Part shown: positions 1 to 15,499 of the stretch, in pieces | Position numbering within the stretch: position 1 is the first letter of the stretch | Layout of the letters: the number at the start of each line of letters is the position of its first letter | Assembly: GCF_022539665.2 (NCBI RefSeq) | Contig: NC_081333.1 | Coordinates: 12,400,001 to 12,464,000 of the forward strand | Direction of reading: 5' to 3' | DNA from: Daphnia carinata | Taxonomy: Eukaryota | DNA length: 64,000 bases | Notes under the pieces: generated by a model | What the model saw: only the letters and a program-made list of their open reading frames with translations | Database searches by the model: none | What the model was told of the DNA's origin: nothing | Program-made: the position numbers and the translations under genes

Positions 1-3000
1 AAGAAAAGAAAGCGAGATCACCTGGTGACATTCAACGACGTAAATCGAAAGAGGCTTGTACTCGCATGTGCCTAAAATGGTTTTCTTCTTTAGAAAAAAA
101 AAAAAAGAGAAAAGGAAATGAGGAAACAAAGGGATGGACACGGCTGAAATCCAACGTGAGTAGCTAAGTTACGTATTTACGTCCCTTTGTCGTGCCCATC
201 TTGTGTTATGATATCGTTTTTCTGTTCGTAGAAATTCGATTCGCTTTAGAGTACTGGTTCGTTTACGGTACCTTCGGAAAACGTATTTATTTTTTGAGGT
301 AATTGACAACTCAACGTCCTGACGATGTCCTTCCGCCAACTGATCGTATTTCGACCGACGAGCTACTTGGTTACGAAACGCGAAATACGGCGAGGTATAA
401 AAACTGGCCTACTATAAGTGTAAACTAATACAGGCATACAATGTGTACCATTTCCGCTAAGACATTTTCCGTTCTACATTTTAGTTTTTTGTTTACTACG
501 TTACCATAGCGAGCAAATCAGATTATGATTTTTACGATGGCAACCAGAAAGCGTATTGTGCTTCGCAATCTGAAGTGATGCCTTATAAGGTTAATGACGG
601 TTTTGTGTTCAACGGGGCAAGCAGAAAAACCGAAACGCACATCCATTTTCTTTCAACACAAATACAGGGTTGGAAAATAAAATCTTTTTATCATCAGTGA
701 GAGTAATCTGACAACTGTTTTATCGAGCAGTATTCGTACGTCAGCTGATCTATGCTCGGTGGAGTTCGCGACCCCTTCAAACAAATGTCAAGATTCTTCT
801 GCGGCTGAGAAAAAACGTGCAATTCAATTAAAAAGACGAGTGCATGATTACAAAAGGGTCTGTGCTTCTTGCCGTCGGGACCGTTGCATTGTTACCATGC
901 AATGTGCATCCAACAACCATCGAGAACAGGTTCCCTCAGCTACAAAAGACCGAACATACGAAACCGACATTCGTCTTTTGTACGACGTTTTAATGCGAAC
1001 GTTCCACATTAGATTACATTTTTTCCTCTGTTTTGACGCACAAAATTGGCTGCTGAATGCAATCGAAATCAAGTCCCAAACCTATTTAAAATGTTCCCCA
1101 TGTCAAAGGCTATTGTTAAGCGCCAATGCACTTGAATAGCGGAAATGGTTTTATGCCGATTTTCTGCTTGTTTCTGTTTCAAACAACCAGCATAAGAATA
1201 CGCTTCATCAGCATCTTTGAATGCTAACAGAAGCCATCGGTTACTATGTGGGGTCTGGAAATATGCAAAACGAAAGAATTTACATTTCGTTTCGCGAATG
1301 GGGATGCCATCGTGACTTATCATCCTCATCACAAATGTTTGCTTTCACGAATTAATTCCAAGATGACGAAGCAACTACACGTTTCGTAAACACGCGACAT
1401 TAAAATCAAGGGAAGGATTCAATTAAAAGAAACAAACAGTTGGGCAATGACAGCGATGCAACTATTCTGGCACTGGTCACGAAGCACTTCTCAATATAGT
1501 ATAGGTTTAATGGACAGATTGCATCATCAAATGCAAGCGCGTGTAGTTACCTTACTTAACTCATGGAGTGTAGGATTGCAAGTACCATCGTTATGGACAT
1601 CTTGCGTAGATAAAGTAATCGAGTCTCGTTTAAATAGATGATGGGTCTATGAACATCATTCACGAGGATCTTAACGAGTACAATCTCTGACTCACTCTCG
1701 CTCTTTTGATCCATTGTCCTTGTATTCAATCAATCCTGACAATATTCGAAGACCACAAGGGAAAAAGAAATCTTCATGAGAAAAGAAAAATATGGGGAAA
1801 AATATTGATTTGGGTGTAACCATTGGCTGCATTCCATGTACGGATGCGATCTGTTTCCAAGACGAATTGGAAAGAGATTGATACATCTTTGTTCTCTTTT
1901 GATGTGGGTACTTGTCCGGCATACGATGGATGAATGATCCCATTCTGCGTTTGGAGAGAAAATAACCTGTAGGTTTGCAAACATAACAGACTATATATAT
2001 AGCCGCCATGGATATGTTCTCTCTGTCTCTATATATGCCTATAGAAATTAGATAGGATTCTTACATTTCATTTGTCATTGGCGCACGTAGGAACGATGCG
2101 GCGTAAAAGGATTTACGTGTGACGTTGTTCTGGAGCCAGCAGAAATCCATTGCCTCTTTCATGATACATTTCCAGATGGAAACATGTGATTATTCTGGCA
2201 ACAAAAAAGACTCAAATCCTACTTTTCTCTCCTGATGCTACTTCGTCCACCTTCACAAAACGCATCCGCTATGCGGACAGCAATCAAGAAGATCAAATGT
2301 TTGGAAACATCACGGCCGATGATTCCGCAACAAACATTGTAGAGACACCGTATACATTTAGCTCGCATCCGGAAGCAGAAGATGGATCGCTGATATGATT
2401 TTTCAGAGGCGTACGTGCTGTGGGACACGATCCATCTCTTGCAACAAAATAAAAATCTTGAAGAGCCGATTCATTACTGGTGCTAATAAAATCGTCAGCA
2501 TCCGGAGGACTTTGTCTTTCCTATTATTCCTTCCGTTCGAGGAAATAAAAACAAACTCCATCCATAAACTCCAACGGATCGTGAAAAGGGAAAGTAAGAA
2601 AATACAAAACTTATTATTGATGGACTGTTAGCTACTTTTTCCTTGCGGCCAAGGACAAACATGTTTCCTCCCGCTGCAACAAACAATAAAAAACGAATAC
2701 AACATGGCACCAACTTGTCACTACCGAAAAACATTAAAGTGCTGCAGCGTATGTGTACACGTCGGGTCACGGAGTCACGTTCACGTTGCCGTCGAAGCGC
2801 GACAGTCGGATACGTCCGAATGCAAATATATGCACAAGCTTGAAATTCAATGGAATAGTTTCGAATTTACAGAAGAAATTGTGAACAATGTCTTCCATTC
2901 CATTTCCGCTTGGCGCTTCATTGTGGCAAAGTTCGCAAACGAGATAATGCAAATTTATACTTTTAAAATAAACGTCGCAAATGTTTTTCGTTCAGATTTC

Positions 3001-5910
3001 CCAGAACGCTTTCTATTCAATTCTCCCTTTTCACTCGTCCTTTTCTTCCATCGCTACTTTCTCATTGTTGTACAAAGCTCTGTGGTTTGATTACTTTATG
3101 ACGTTCAATTGCCTTTCAGAGGTGAGATTTTTCTTAGTTTTCTATTGTTCGTCTGTCGTTTCAGCTCACCATATCAAACTCAGTTCATCGTTCTCTATAA
3201 CACATAAAAGATGAAACCAACTAAATAAATGGTTTGTGTATTACACATCATTGTGAACAAATAGGGGATCCCTTCTGTTCTTTAAAGAAAGAAAAAAAGG
3301 GACCTCGCCAACTATAATTGAATCTCGCAGGGCGGAATGGAAAGAATGAAGCCAATTTCAGGCCAACTGCCGCACGAAATTGAAAAGGTTGCGAACGATA
3401 GGCTCTTTGCCTTTCAAACACATTTTTTTGCTTTAAAATGTTGAACACCTTAATTAACGCTCATCACGAAGTTTGACTTGAGTCAACAAACTAATACAAC
3501 ATTCTCCGCGGAGGGTCTTCGTTCTGCCAAATGACGTTGTCCAGGTGATGTCTTCTGATTGCAGCGCAGATTGGTTGCACACTGCGACGCCCTTCTGTTC
3601 ACGCTAGATGTGAGTTATCATCGTATCATTATTTCCCGTCTTCAATTGCCATGGAATTTCGTTTGGGGTTTGCTGTTCATGTTCTTTGCACACAAAAATG
3701 TTGTGGCGACATCGACCGGTGGATTGGACCCAACGTTTCTGCGCAACACGCGATGCCCATTTCCATATTTCGTTTTTGAATGGCAATCTGAACTACCGCA
3801 TATTGAGCTGAGACTAGTGATTATTCTTTTCCTTTTGGGGGGATGTTGTGGAAACGGCATATTACGTGGAGGCAAATTAGCGCTAGGTAACAAACGGGCA
3901 AGCGTACACAAAGATAGGTGTGAACATCATTGAATAGACGTTCTCTGTTCCAGCTGAATATTATCTCTTTCTTCTAATTAGCGTTTATTGATCAAGCAAA
4001 ACTCGGCTTGGTTGCAACAAAAAGTTGAAGCGCAAGGTTTTCCTAGTTGATGAACAAACTTCAACTGATAATAAGGAAAGGAATCGTACGTTAATCGACC
4101 ACTCTTGCATCTAACTACGCCCTATTTATTATCCCTGCACGTGCATCGTTAATAAATCTCATCGCGTAATAAAATTAACATACTGCATGTGCAACACTAA
4201 ACTGGAACGAGATGGCCGTTTTCTTTGTGGCTCGCTTGTGCACGATTTTATTGGCAACCATACAAACGCGACGGACTGCAACTAACCTTACTCAACAGAC
4301 CCATTGGTTTAGCATTCACCAAACTATTGTTTTATTTAAAAATAAAAAAAAAGGGAAAGCGCGCCGTCAAACATGTCATGTTATATACCAACGGCCAACA
4401 GCACTATTGGCCTACAGCCATGCGACTCAGTTGAATCTAGAATGAGCTGACGTAAAGAAAGAAAAAAAGAAATGAATCTTCACTACGTTCGTGTAGCGTT
4501 TAAAAAAATTCATTTCAAAACACAGCGTTGCCAGCGGGCCAACCAAAAGTTCCGTAATTAATTGTTGAAATCACCGCTAAAAGGGAATCATCAAGAATGC
4601 AACCAAATTGCCTTGTTACTCTACCGCTAATAATCTAATCGTCGTTGTATTGATCCGGCGGTGAAGAAGAGGCCGTCGTTCTCTACAAGTGCCTCTCCAA
4701 CAGGGCGAAATGAAACGCAACCAGCTTGTTATTTTCCTTCCTTGTTTTTTTTTTTTTATTCTCCTCTCTCTTTTTTTACTTTACATGGGCGCAACGATCT
4801 GTTTACTAACACATTCAGGTTTTTTTTTTCCTCTGTTTGGCATGAACTGTCAATCGCAGCTCTCGTTTTACCTCTTAAAGGGGCAGAAAATTGACAACCC
4901 AACGGCGCGGAGTTACCTCTGCGTCGGGTTACCACTGATGGCCATGGCAAATGCTGTAATAAAAATAAAAAAAAGGAGTATTTTTCGGCGGCATCATGGC
5001 GCCTCGACACTTGACCGAAGTAGCCGATCATATAGCGTGCGTTCAACTAGCCTACACGTGATGCCATCAGCCAGACAGATCGGATAACAGTCGTGGTGGC
5101 TTCGAAAAATCCAGTTTAAGAGCTGTTCTACATCTAATACGCGCGCGCCGTGCACTAAAAACCACTTTATTGGCGATGTGCACGAACACGGTAGCTGAGT
5201 AAAACAAAACAAAAAAAAGATCAGGAATTAGTTAGACCGCGCACGCAATATACCGAGAAATGTTTTTGTGTTCGCTACATACGTTTTAGGATATGTGGGA
5301 GAAAACCAGCTGGCCCAGTCGGTCTTTATTTTTTTTCTTTTTCCCAGTACACAGCCAAAGACGAGTTGTGTCTATAATACTGCTATCCGCATCTTGTTAA
5401 TCTCCGAACATGGAAATTTCACGTTAGAGCTGACTTGAATTCCCAATAACAGCGATTGAATTTTCTACCCAAAAAGGGCTCGATCGACGAAGACGTTGCA
5501 TGAATTGGAGAAAATGTATTCAAAAGAAAACTTTTATTTTAATCCTTCCCGTTTGAAACAAAATGCGAAATGATGTTGAAGAGAAAGAAAAGGCGGGGCC
5601 GGGAGAAACCGCGCACGTTCGGTCGTGTTTCTTTCTCCCCTTTTTTTTTCTGTTTGCGGGGGCCGGGGGGACGCCTCTATTATAGCGACGCTCCGTCACC
5701 AGTGGCTTCCAGTTCATCGTCTAGCCTCTTCTCGAGCTATTCGTACGTTTATTTGCAGCGCTATCCTACTATTTAATCAGTACGGTTCATGTATAATTAG
5801 TGTGTTTTCATTATCGCGCTAGTGATCCCGCGATGATTTGAACTCTCGAGAAATTATCAAGTTCTCACGTTTGCACCTCAGTTTCTATAAGACAAAGAAA
5901 GAATAAAAAA

Positions 5911-8900
5911 ATGGAAAAATTTCATAACGATACCGTCTGGTCGATTTCTCCGTCAAACTGCACCGAAGGGTTTAACTGTTCTGACTTTACTGGCGGCCTC
6001 AATGGCCTCGTTCAAAACGAAACGTGCACGAATGACTATTGCGAAACGGATGACGACTACATTGACCGGATCGAAGCGTACATGTTTCCATCCGTCTACG
6101 AGTGGATTCTGATTGGTCTGCATTGTGTGGTATTTATCGTTGGTTTGGTTGGCAATTTCCTCGTCTGTCTGGCCGTTTATCGCAATCACACCATGAGAAC
6201 CGTCACTAACATGTTCATCGTCAACCTGGCCATCGCCGACTTCCTCGTCATCTTTCTCTGCTTGCCGCCCACCGTTTTGTGGGACATCACCGAGACCTGG
6301 TTCATGGGCAACACGCTCTGCAAAATCATCCCGTACTTTCAAGTAAATAGAAATCAAATAATTAAAATGGCCTAATCGCGAAACATTTAAACGATAAAAA
6401 TGGCAAGCCATTGCATTTCGGTCTGCCGCGTTGCACGGGCGTGGAATTTCCTATGCTGAACAGACAAATTCTTTCGCTTGGGCTCTCCAATCGTCTAAAT
6501 TGGCCACATTTAGACAGCCCTTGAAAAATGATTTACATGCGTAAACTGTCAGCATTTAACGACCTTCGAATTCCGAGCCCAACGCTCCCTCTGCTTGCGT
6601 CAAACAGCGTCTGACTCTAACGTACCATGTTCACGCAACATACAAACATCCTTTGTTAGCGATGACTTTAATGCCCATGAAAGGTAAACTTAATTATATA
6701 GCGAGTTTCTTCGTCAGGCAGCTATAGATCTTTATTCAGAGATTTGCCTGTGGGTGACAATGCATGTCATTTCAGCGTCCGTATTAAATCCGGTTGGTCA
6801 ACTGTCAGTTAAGGACGCAGCACAATCATATCGCTAGGGTCCCTGCTAACCTGCTCTCTTCCGCTTTTCCGCGTATCTAATGAAAGACGCGTTGTGTTGT
6901 TATCGAATACGGTCAACTCGCTCCGACTGACACAGGACATCTTCTTTATTTTCATCGTACGGATGAACGCGGGACCGCCCCTACTACTGTTAGCAGGGGG
7001 GGGGGGGATCTAGCGAACTGTAATTGCATCGACACTAGTCAGTGCCACGTCCCCGATACGTTCAGCTTCGACTAATCAAAACACGGCCGTCTTGATTTCC
7101 TGGCGCTATCGAGGCCATCTTGGCTAAGCTTTTTATTTAACGAGATGGAACACGTATCCATGGACAGACTAACAAGGCAGGGAACAGGCCATAAACACTG
7201 CGGGTCAGTGGGTCAACGTTAGCCATTCGATCGTCGTCTTTCCAGTTTAACATCAACATTCATACGTTGATATTACGGTTTTTATTGATGAGTAAAAGAC
7301 AACTGTGGAGACAGGTGAATTGACGTAATGATATTACAAGTATTTGGCCAATCCTCTTGTAATCAAATTCCGATATGATGTCCGTTAGCATTGCACTACA
7401 TTTACGCGTTGGCGCAGATGACGTACGGCATGAAGTTTAATTCCCATATAATCCTATTACGTCTTTCTTTAATGGCAACCTGCAAAACTTAAGGGTGTGC
7501 CAATCATATTTATTCCTGTGCTCAACCGTCCATAACAAGAATCATGACTTAAGCTGATTGGACTCGTTCAGTTCATTTCTACGTTCCTGTAGCTCTCTTT
7601 AAACTCATTAGAGCGAAATGGTATGATATCAATAAACCAATCCGATTTCAAGTTCGAAGATTTGGAATATTCCAAGTTGTGTATGACGCATACGGTCCAA
7701 GTAATAACAAACTTTAGCAATAGAACCGTATACCAATAAGAAAGTAATATGATGTCCCCCTATTGAGTTGAATAGATCCGCAAGGGTTATTGCATTGGAC
7801 GGTTGTAAGGAATGGCTTTGAGGACAGCTGGGATTGATGATTGATAATAGCTGTCCTATCGTAATCAGCATGATACCGCCCCGTTTGGCAAGCAGGAAGA
7901 AACAATAATACGATGATTTGGGACGATTTCTCGAAAGAGACGGGCACTGACAAATATTATTTGTTAGATTCCTCTGTTCACATCATCGGGCTCCCGTAGG
8001 TTCGCTTATTCTGTCAATCTAAACTTGAGCTCAATGTTTACTTACGAGCTTAGCAATGCGGGACTCTTAAAAATATATATATACATATAGATATACTTCC
8101 ATTATACGTCGCGTATTACTATTTTTTCCTTGCGCAGAATCTTGACATTTCCAGTCGTTTCTCTGTCAACTTTCTGAGTGCCTAGATAAAAAGCTAAAAT
8201 GGCTCAGCAATAGTACGCGTGTGTCATAACCGTTGCGTTGCAGTATATACTCCATTTACATTCTTCGTCGGATATTATTCCCCAAGTTATCTGACTATCT
8301 CGTCACATATAGCAAATATCCGAATTTGCTTTCTTCGCAATCGAACAGCAACACACAGAGGACAATACGAGGCCCCCATTGTGTCCTTCTGGATGTGTAA
8401 AAAGAAATTCCCATGACGAGCGTACGAAAGTTTTTATTTTTGCCTATCGCGATTGAATGTACCAATAATGGACATTCGGTTCTATCTTATTATTTTGCGA
8501 AAAGTATTTGGGATGCAGCAAGCGGCTATCATCGATGGTCGCCTTTTGTAGTCGTCTGCGTAGATTGCAAGTGCGGATAGCAATTACTCCGCATTGGCTT
8601 TTAGGCAAACAACGCCCATATGGAGCCACAAGATCTGATCAACTGTATAACACGCAAACAGCTCTTGGAAATAATTCTATCTGCCATCAGATAATAGTCT
8701 CACTATTAATCAGTCAAACGAAGCCTCTTGCTGGACACTACCGATGGACATTGGAAAAACAGCTTTAAAAGAATAAAAAGGACTTTGAGTTTCAATGTAA
8801 TATGATACGCGGAAAGAGGCCATAGTGCACCTAAGTTACTCTGACGAGAAATATTCAAGAAAAACATTCACCATTGTCGCAACTGTCTAGACAAAAATGC

Positions 8901-11900
8901 TCCCAACGGCGAACGCCTTCGAAACTTTGGGTAGGAGGACAATCGAAGAAAACTTATGGGCAAGATTCACTCGAATCCATTGTCGGGAAAAAGTTCCTTC
9001 AGCAACGAGCGAGGGAAAATGATGTGTCCCTTTATGTATCTTACTGTTTTCAGGCGACAAGAAACTTTTCTGTTTTTTTTTTTTTTTTACATTTCAGAAA
9101 AAGAATTGAAATATTTTGTCACAGTCAGGATATCATTTAACGATATCCAGAAGCAAAAACGTGCTTTGCAACAGGAGACACTGTGACCCGATTAAATAGT
9201 GGACTTGCGTAATGTTGGCATGAAAGAATCGCCAATCGATTGATGGAAACTCTTTTCATTGTCGATTCGCACGTACACTCGGCCCAATTTCCCACTTTTG
9301 GAATTCGATATTTTCTTTCCACTAGCATTCAAGAGTATTGTTATGTGATCAACGTGTAAGATATCGTCGACCTTGGTGATTTATCAACGTCCCTCCAACG
9401 TGTGTTCATATAAAATGCGACGTGAAAAAAAGGATAACCTGAAGCCCACGTCCTTTGCTTTTGAAAGACGTGAAGCTTCACGATGTATTGGGTTTCGTGC
9501 ATAATACTTTACCAGCATAAAAAAAATATACGGTACATAACAATAGCAGACAGAAAGGTGGGAGCCAACGCCCTGTCTGACCAGTGAAGCTTGGGGATTT
9601 TGAAGTCTCAATGCATATATTATACAAGTACGCTGATCCCCTTCAGTAGCGTTAAGCCCAGTCCGTGCTGGCCATCCGATAAGCTGCGTTAATGCGAGTA
9701 AAGCCGTGACGTGGTCAATTTATAAAGGCAATAAAGGGGGAGGGAATAAAAGATATATCGAAAATAAGACGAAAATAACTTGCTCTTACACCTACTTACA
9801 TTGCTAAACACCGTCGTGATTAACCACCGTGCCATGTACGGATGCAATGTAATGCACTGTGTTATTTTTACTAGAAAACGATAACAAATTCAACGCTATC
9901 GTTCCAAAGCTTTACTTTAAGGCGAGGTGATACCCACAAGTTTTACGGTTCCATTTCCAGGTGAATTTTGTTTTATTTACTACCACGCTCCCTTACAGCT
10001 TCAACTTAAATGCAGTGCATCACAAGAGTTGGCTAGCCCAAGAGGAGATCATTGTGCACGTCCTAATGTATCGGCTTTTCCCTAATTACTAACTTGCGCA
10101 TTGAAGCTGATGATGGTGTCGTGAACCGCCTTACGATCTCCTTGGATCATTTTGGCTGTTGTTCCGCTAAAGTTTCAACACACCTCGATTAGTTACTTGA
10201 TTGAAAAACTTGGTCCCATTACACCAACCGGGTTTTCATCTACTAGCCAATTCGTTCCTGCTATTTAATTTAATTTTTTTTTTTTTTTTTGTTCTTTCTT
10301 TTAGCTCATTCTTCATTGATCGATAAAGAATTCTGTCAGCACGGAACTGCATCGTAAATCGCCGAAAAGATATTGGACGTTATCTTAAGAAACCACACGG
10401 TCTCGGAGGACCTGCGTCTGCGGGACAAAAAAAAGAGGGAGGATAAAACGATTTTGGGTAGTCAAAGGGCGAATGAAACTTAGCATGAAGAGAAAGGCCA
10501 TTCAGAAAGAGAAAAAAAAAGAAAGGAAATTAAAACAGAAAAGTTCTCTATAATAATAAAGGGGAACCGTCATTATGAGCAAGTCGTTCCTTTGAATTCG
10601 TGCAATATCCGTGCGTTCTTCAAATTTGACTTTCATTCTTGTTTTAGCCACAGACGCATCGAGCCGGTCCTGATGAGAAACGTGCCCTGACTCGTAGAAT
10701 TTCCACGACATTACACTTTTGTTTTCCTCTTCAACGCTTGCAAGTCTGAACGTATATAGCGCGTTCGATAGCTATTTTTCTCCTTCAATAGCCGCGTCGC
10801 GATTCCGTTTCGTCACAACACTTTTTCTTATTCCATTTCGGACTTTGTTTTTCTCTCTTTTTTAGCCCATCGCTGACGTACATTGACTAGCACGCTGTTC
10901 CACCACTGCAGACAGGCAAAGCACATATTGGACCGTCGTTAGCCAACGTCCCAAAAAAAGAGCGAAGCTTTTGTGCAACCAAAATCAATCTCTTGTGTTT
11001 TTATTATATTGGCTGCTGCAGAAAAGCGGGAATGAGTTTACAGAGGACATCACAGGATGGCTGTGTATGTACTTGTATGAACCTAACGGGATAAAAAAGA
11101 TGTCGTTCTTTCTATGGTTGCGTCGTCCGTTTGTTTTTATTTTTTGCTGGTTCCGGATGCTGCGATATTGCATCTCTCTTCCGCCGACGTGGACAAAGCA
11201 CGACTTGTCGAATAGACGAATAATAGATTCACGTAAGACGGAAGTCATTGCCTACGTACATGGGAATTGCCATCGGCGTTGCTCCGTCCAAATTTCGCAA
11301 ATCGAAAATGGCCGTTTAAATATTTGGATTATTTGGCGAACGCGAAAGGGGGGGGGGGGGAAATGTCGTTGGATTGTGTGCTGACATTTTCTAAATATAA
11401 ACAGCGATGCTGAAATTAATTTTGAAATTCGTATTTCAACAGACTGTTTCGGTATCCGTCTCTGTCTTGACGCTGACTTTCATCTCCGTCGACCGTTGGT
11501 ACGCAATTTGCCATCCACTCAAGTTCCGCTCGACCATCGGTCGGGCCAAAACTGCCATCGCTGCTATTTGGATCATCTCGCTGCTCATAGGTAAAAAACA
11601 AAATAAGAAATTATTATCCATTTGCCATATAATGTCCAAGGAATTTGGTTAAAATAAACAGCAGGCAGATGAAAAAAAAAAAATTGCTAAACACCTGGCG
11701 TTTTTCAATCACGACATTCAACGATGAGCCAATTTCGTTTTTTTTTATGAAATGCTGCGTAAAAAAAATTTATGACACCTACGCCTTACAGGGACAAGCC
11801 AACATTTTTTTGGCATTCACCTTATTTAGCATACCTGCATTTTATTTGAACAAAACGCATTGGAAAGAACTTTGCATTTAAGGAAAATTTCTAAGAGCCT

Positions 11901-14900
11901 TGCCATTTGCCTTTGTATACCTCGTTGAATTCCGCGTGAATCCCGTTTAACCGGTTTGAAAATGGCCTGAAAGCCAAAAAGGGTCGTACTGAAATTGACA
12001 GTAATACTCCTCCATCAACTGGATGGTTTGTTTTTGAAACCGCGGGAAACGATGGCCGTTCGTGAATTTTTAGTATTTTTTATTTATTTATTTATTCTTT
12101 TTTAGACATCCCCGAGTTAGTGGTGCTGGAAACGCGACCGAGCCGCAACCTGTCGATTAGCACCGTCTATTTTACGCAATGTCAGCCAAGTTGGGATGAC
12201 GAAACGGATCTTTACAGCCAGCTGGTCAAATTCGCCCTGCTCTACGCTCTTCCGCTGCTATTCATCTCCGTCACTTACTATCAGATCGTCAGGGTCTTGT
12301 GGCGTTCAGCCCGGCTCGCCATAAGCGGCGGCAACCGCACGGCTGACAACGCCGACGACGCAGCCAACAGCACCACAGGTAAATGAGTGAAGTCAAAGTT
12401 ATTTCAAGAATCTACATGGCGTTTTTGAGTGCAACGTAGAGAATTCAGAAAGTGAATTTTTTAGCTCTTAGTTTGGCGCCGTTTGCAACCTCTTCCTGTT
12501 TTACGAGAAATCTCATACTTTGCATACCCTTACAAAACGGGTCCTAAAATATGAATAAATGGAAAAGCTTTGAAAGCAGATGCGTTAAGCCACTTGAAAT
12601 TGGTGTTCATCGTCAGGCAATGGGACCTCTGCAATTTTTCAAAAAATCGAACAATAGACAAAACAAGCGTTTGTTTTTTTTCCGGTTGCAATTTGGTTTG
12701 AAACATGCGCATAAAAGAGGGTCGTTTTACATCGCTCAGCTCACCGTTTTTCTAGAAGGAAACGATTTTCCATAAAGCGAACAACTGAAAAATATGTTCT
12801 CTGAATTATCTATAAAGCTCCTCATGCTGCCGCACATTGAATTCTATTTTTAGCCGAGTGTAGGACGCGACCAAAGAACGGATAGTAGAAACTTTTAAAG
12901 TGCATTATACCGCCAACTCGTAGGTTACGACGAGGCATCGTTGTTGCTGGCGCCGAGCACAGTGGGGAGGGGGGGATTAGTACGACGTCGAATGAATGAT
13001 GGTGTCATTTAGGGCAGAGCTTCTTTTCTTCTTTTATGAGTTTAATGGTCACCAGTATTAGCCTATTGAGAGTTGGTGGATTAATCTGACATAGAGTGTA
13101 GACACGCCGAAATTCCCTCGGACGGGAAATGCGACGATGGATGCGCGGATCGGGAGCACGGGAGACCATTCGAAGATGATGAATGGCCCATGAAGTGGAC
13201 GTATCACACCCTAGGCCCTCATAAGTGCGCCACGTTTCCTTGCGGTCCACTCCCTAACTCGCCAAATAGAAGAGAACAGAGTAAGCAAGACCACTCGAAT
13301 GAAGTTGGGCCACTTTCGTCTCGACATCCCGCATTTTTTTTTTTTTAAGCATCCTTTTATGAAACTGCCCATCCCACGTTTTTGCGAAGATGTTCGCCCC
13401 CATTTAATCCCATTCAATTGACAACTGGTTATTGATGATGTTCGCGGCATTATACGGCTGGCAAAAATGCGCATAGCAACCAAGCGTTTTATATGGAATG
13501 ACGGCTCACCATTCATCCGAAATATTTAAATTTAACTGACCGAATCTTTTCTAATGGATTTACATTTTATTCGTTTTTTTTTTTTCTTTATTCGATCAGT
13601 GCGTCTCTTTCCTAAACAACCGAGCAGCAATCATCACCATCCTCACGGTCACCATGGCACCGGTAGTGGGGGCAATAAAGACATGCTCACCGTCAACTCT
13701 AATGCGTCGATCGAATTGCAATTGCGTTCCAGACGGAAAGCAGCCAAGATGTTGGTTGTCGTAGTCATCGTCTTTGCTGTCTGCTATTTCCCTGTACATC
13801 TGGTCAGCATTCTAAGGTAATCTTCATTTTCGGCATTCCTCCTTTTAATTAAGGAACTGTTGCGTACCTCTAACGTGCCCTGGAGATTTCCAGCATTTTA
13901 TATGGGAAAAAATTCCCACGTCATCATAACCAACGTATGAGGCAATCATTTTAAAAGTTGCGCTTTTTTTAAAATTATTTTTTTCGGATGGTGGGAGCAG
14001 ATATACAATCAAACTGACACAAAATGATTACACGGTCGCAGCGGCGCTCGTCTCGCACTGGCTGTGCTACTTCAACAGCGCCATCAACCCCGTGATTTAT
14101 AACTTCATGAGCGGTAAGTAAGAAAACACGCACTGCTCACGGCGTTCCGCGTCAATCTCTGCATCCCTTCCTTCCATTTGCTTCCCGTAATAGCACAAAG
14201 TTTGTTTTGTTGTTTTTTTTTTCACGCAATGAAAAACGCGGGATACGACGCGTATCCTCATTGAGTTCCCGGTAAGGGGCGACGATCCTTTTTTTCTATC
14301 CCGAGTTACTTGAATTTTTCTATAAAATTAAAAGAAAAAGGGGACCGAACTGCACAGTGCCAGGCGGAATTCGATTATGAAAAAAAAAAGAAAGGGGTCC
14401 AGCGAGTTTTGAAACGGACTTTCTTTCATAAAAATCCGTGCGCACATAAAGAAAAACTTGGACTGCGTCCCGATATTTGAAAACACAGATACAATCCATC
14501 GAAAAACGGATGCGACTGGATGGACGACGTAACTTGGTGGCGTTGTCAAAAGAAATCAGATTTTCTTCCTGTTCGCTACCTCATTGTTGTTTGCCTTTCG
14601 TTTCACGGAAGACGGATGTAGCTTAACCGGATCCATAAAAGCAATAAGAGTTAGAAAAAAAATAGCTTGCCAACAGCCGTAAACTTTTATGTGATTGTGT
14701 TTAGCTTTTGCGGTTCTTGGAGTCGTTTGTCGCAACGTTGAATTCTATATTGCTTTTTCATCCCCTTGTTTACTCAGGTGTTGTTTTATTTTAAGGCTAC
14801 TGTAACGCTAGCGTGAATGCGGTCGTGAACAAGTAAAGTTCTTTGCACAAAGCTGTTGCCATCTTTGGACGAATCCCGACGATGGATGCGGCAGTCGCGT

Positions 14901-15499
14901 GCATGTCTCGATAAAAAAAAAAGGAGAAAACAAAAGGTGACATACGTAGTTGAGGCCTAGCAACTCACTTTCACGAAAGGTCGATTACGTCCGACATGCG
15001 CAGATCCTTCTTAAAATTGAATTCACGACAAACGATAAAGATAATGAGTTTCATAAAACGCCTTGTTGGGGCGTTGTTGGCAGCGACCGTTGTAAATTGG
15101 CAATTTGCATACCGCGTTCGTGACATCAGTGTGTTGTGTGTGTGTGTGTGTCTAATAGGGAAGTTTCGTAAGGAGTTTCGGCGCACGTTTCGCTGCCGTT
15201 GTCGCTGGTTGACTGACCATCTGCCGGGCGGGGGACGCGGTCGTAGTTCCGTTTCGATTTGCGCTGCCGGATCTCGCCTCAATCAGTCGATGATCGCGGT
15301 CGTCCGCGTACCGACAGGGGCGACGGTTTTCGCAGCGGCGTTGGCTTCGACCGCGCCGGCTTCGACGGCCGTCGCTACCGACCGGCTAATGGCCAGCAAC
15401 GTGCCGCCTCCATCGGCCGCAGCCTGCTATCCGCTCAGACAATGCCGCTCCAATCACCCTACTGCACGCTCCATCAGAACGCTCACGACAACCACGTAA
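5911..15499 (+). CDS. Orexin/allatotropin receptor-like class A GPCR, isoform with terminal exon A
   Basis: Spliced exons 5911-6342, 11443-11590, 12106-12378, 13600-13816, 14001-14113 and 15159-15499, all GT-AG with compatible phases. Motifs: GNFLVCLAV, TVTNMFIVNLAIADFLV, ISVDRWYAICHPLKF, RRKAAKMLV, CYFP, HWLCYFNSAINPVIYNFMSGKFRKEF. These are typical of orexin and insect allatotropin receptors. Confidence 0.9.
15131..15150. repeat. (TG)n microsatellite just upstream of the 3' splice site of GPCR exon A
   Basis: gtgttgtgtgtgtgtgtgtg seen directly. Confidence 0.8.

Noticed and set aside
1..5900. Many 60-130 aa ORFs upstream of the GPCR (e.g. 2186-2398, 3642-3911)
   Set aside because: No recognisable domains and no consistent splice-linked chain; treated as intergenic or 5' regulatory sequence.
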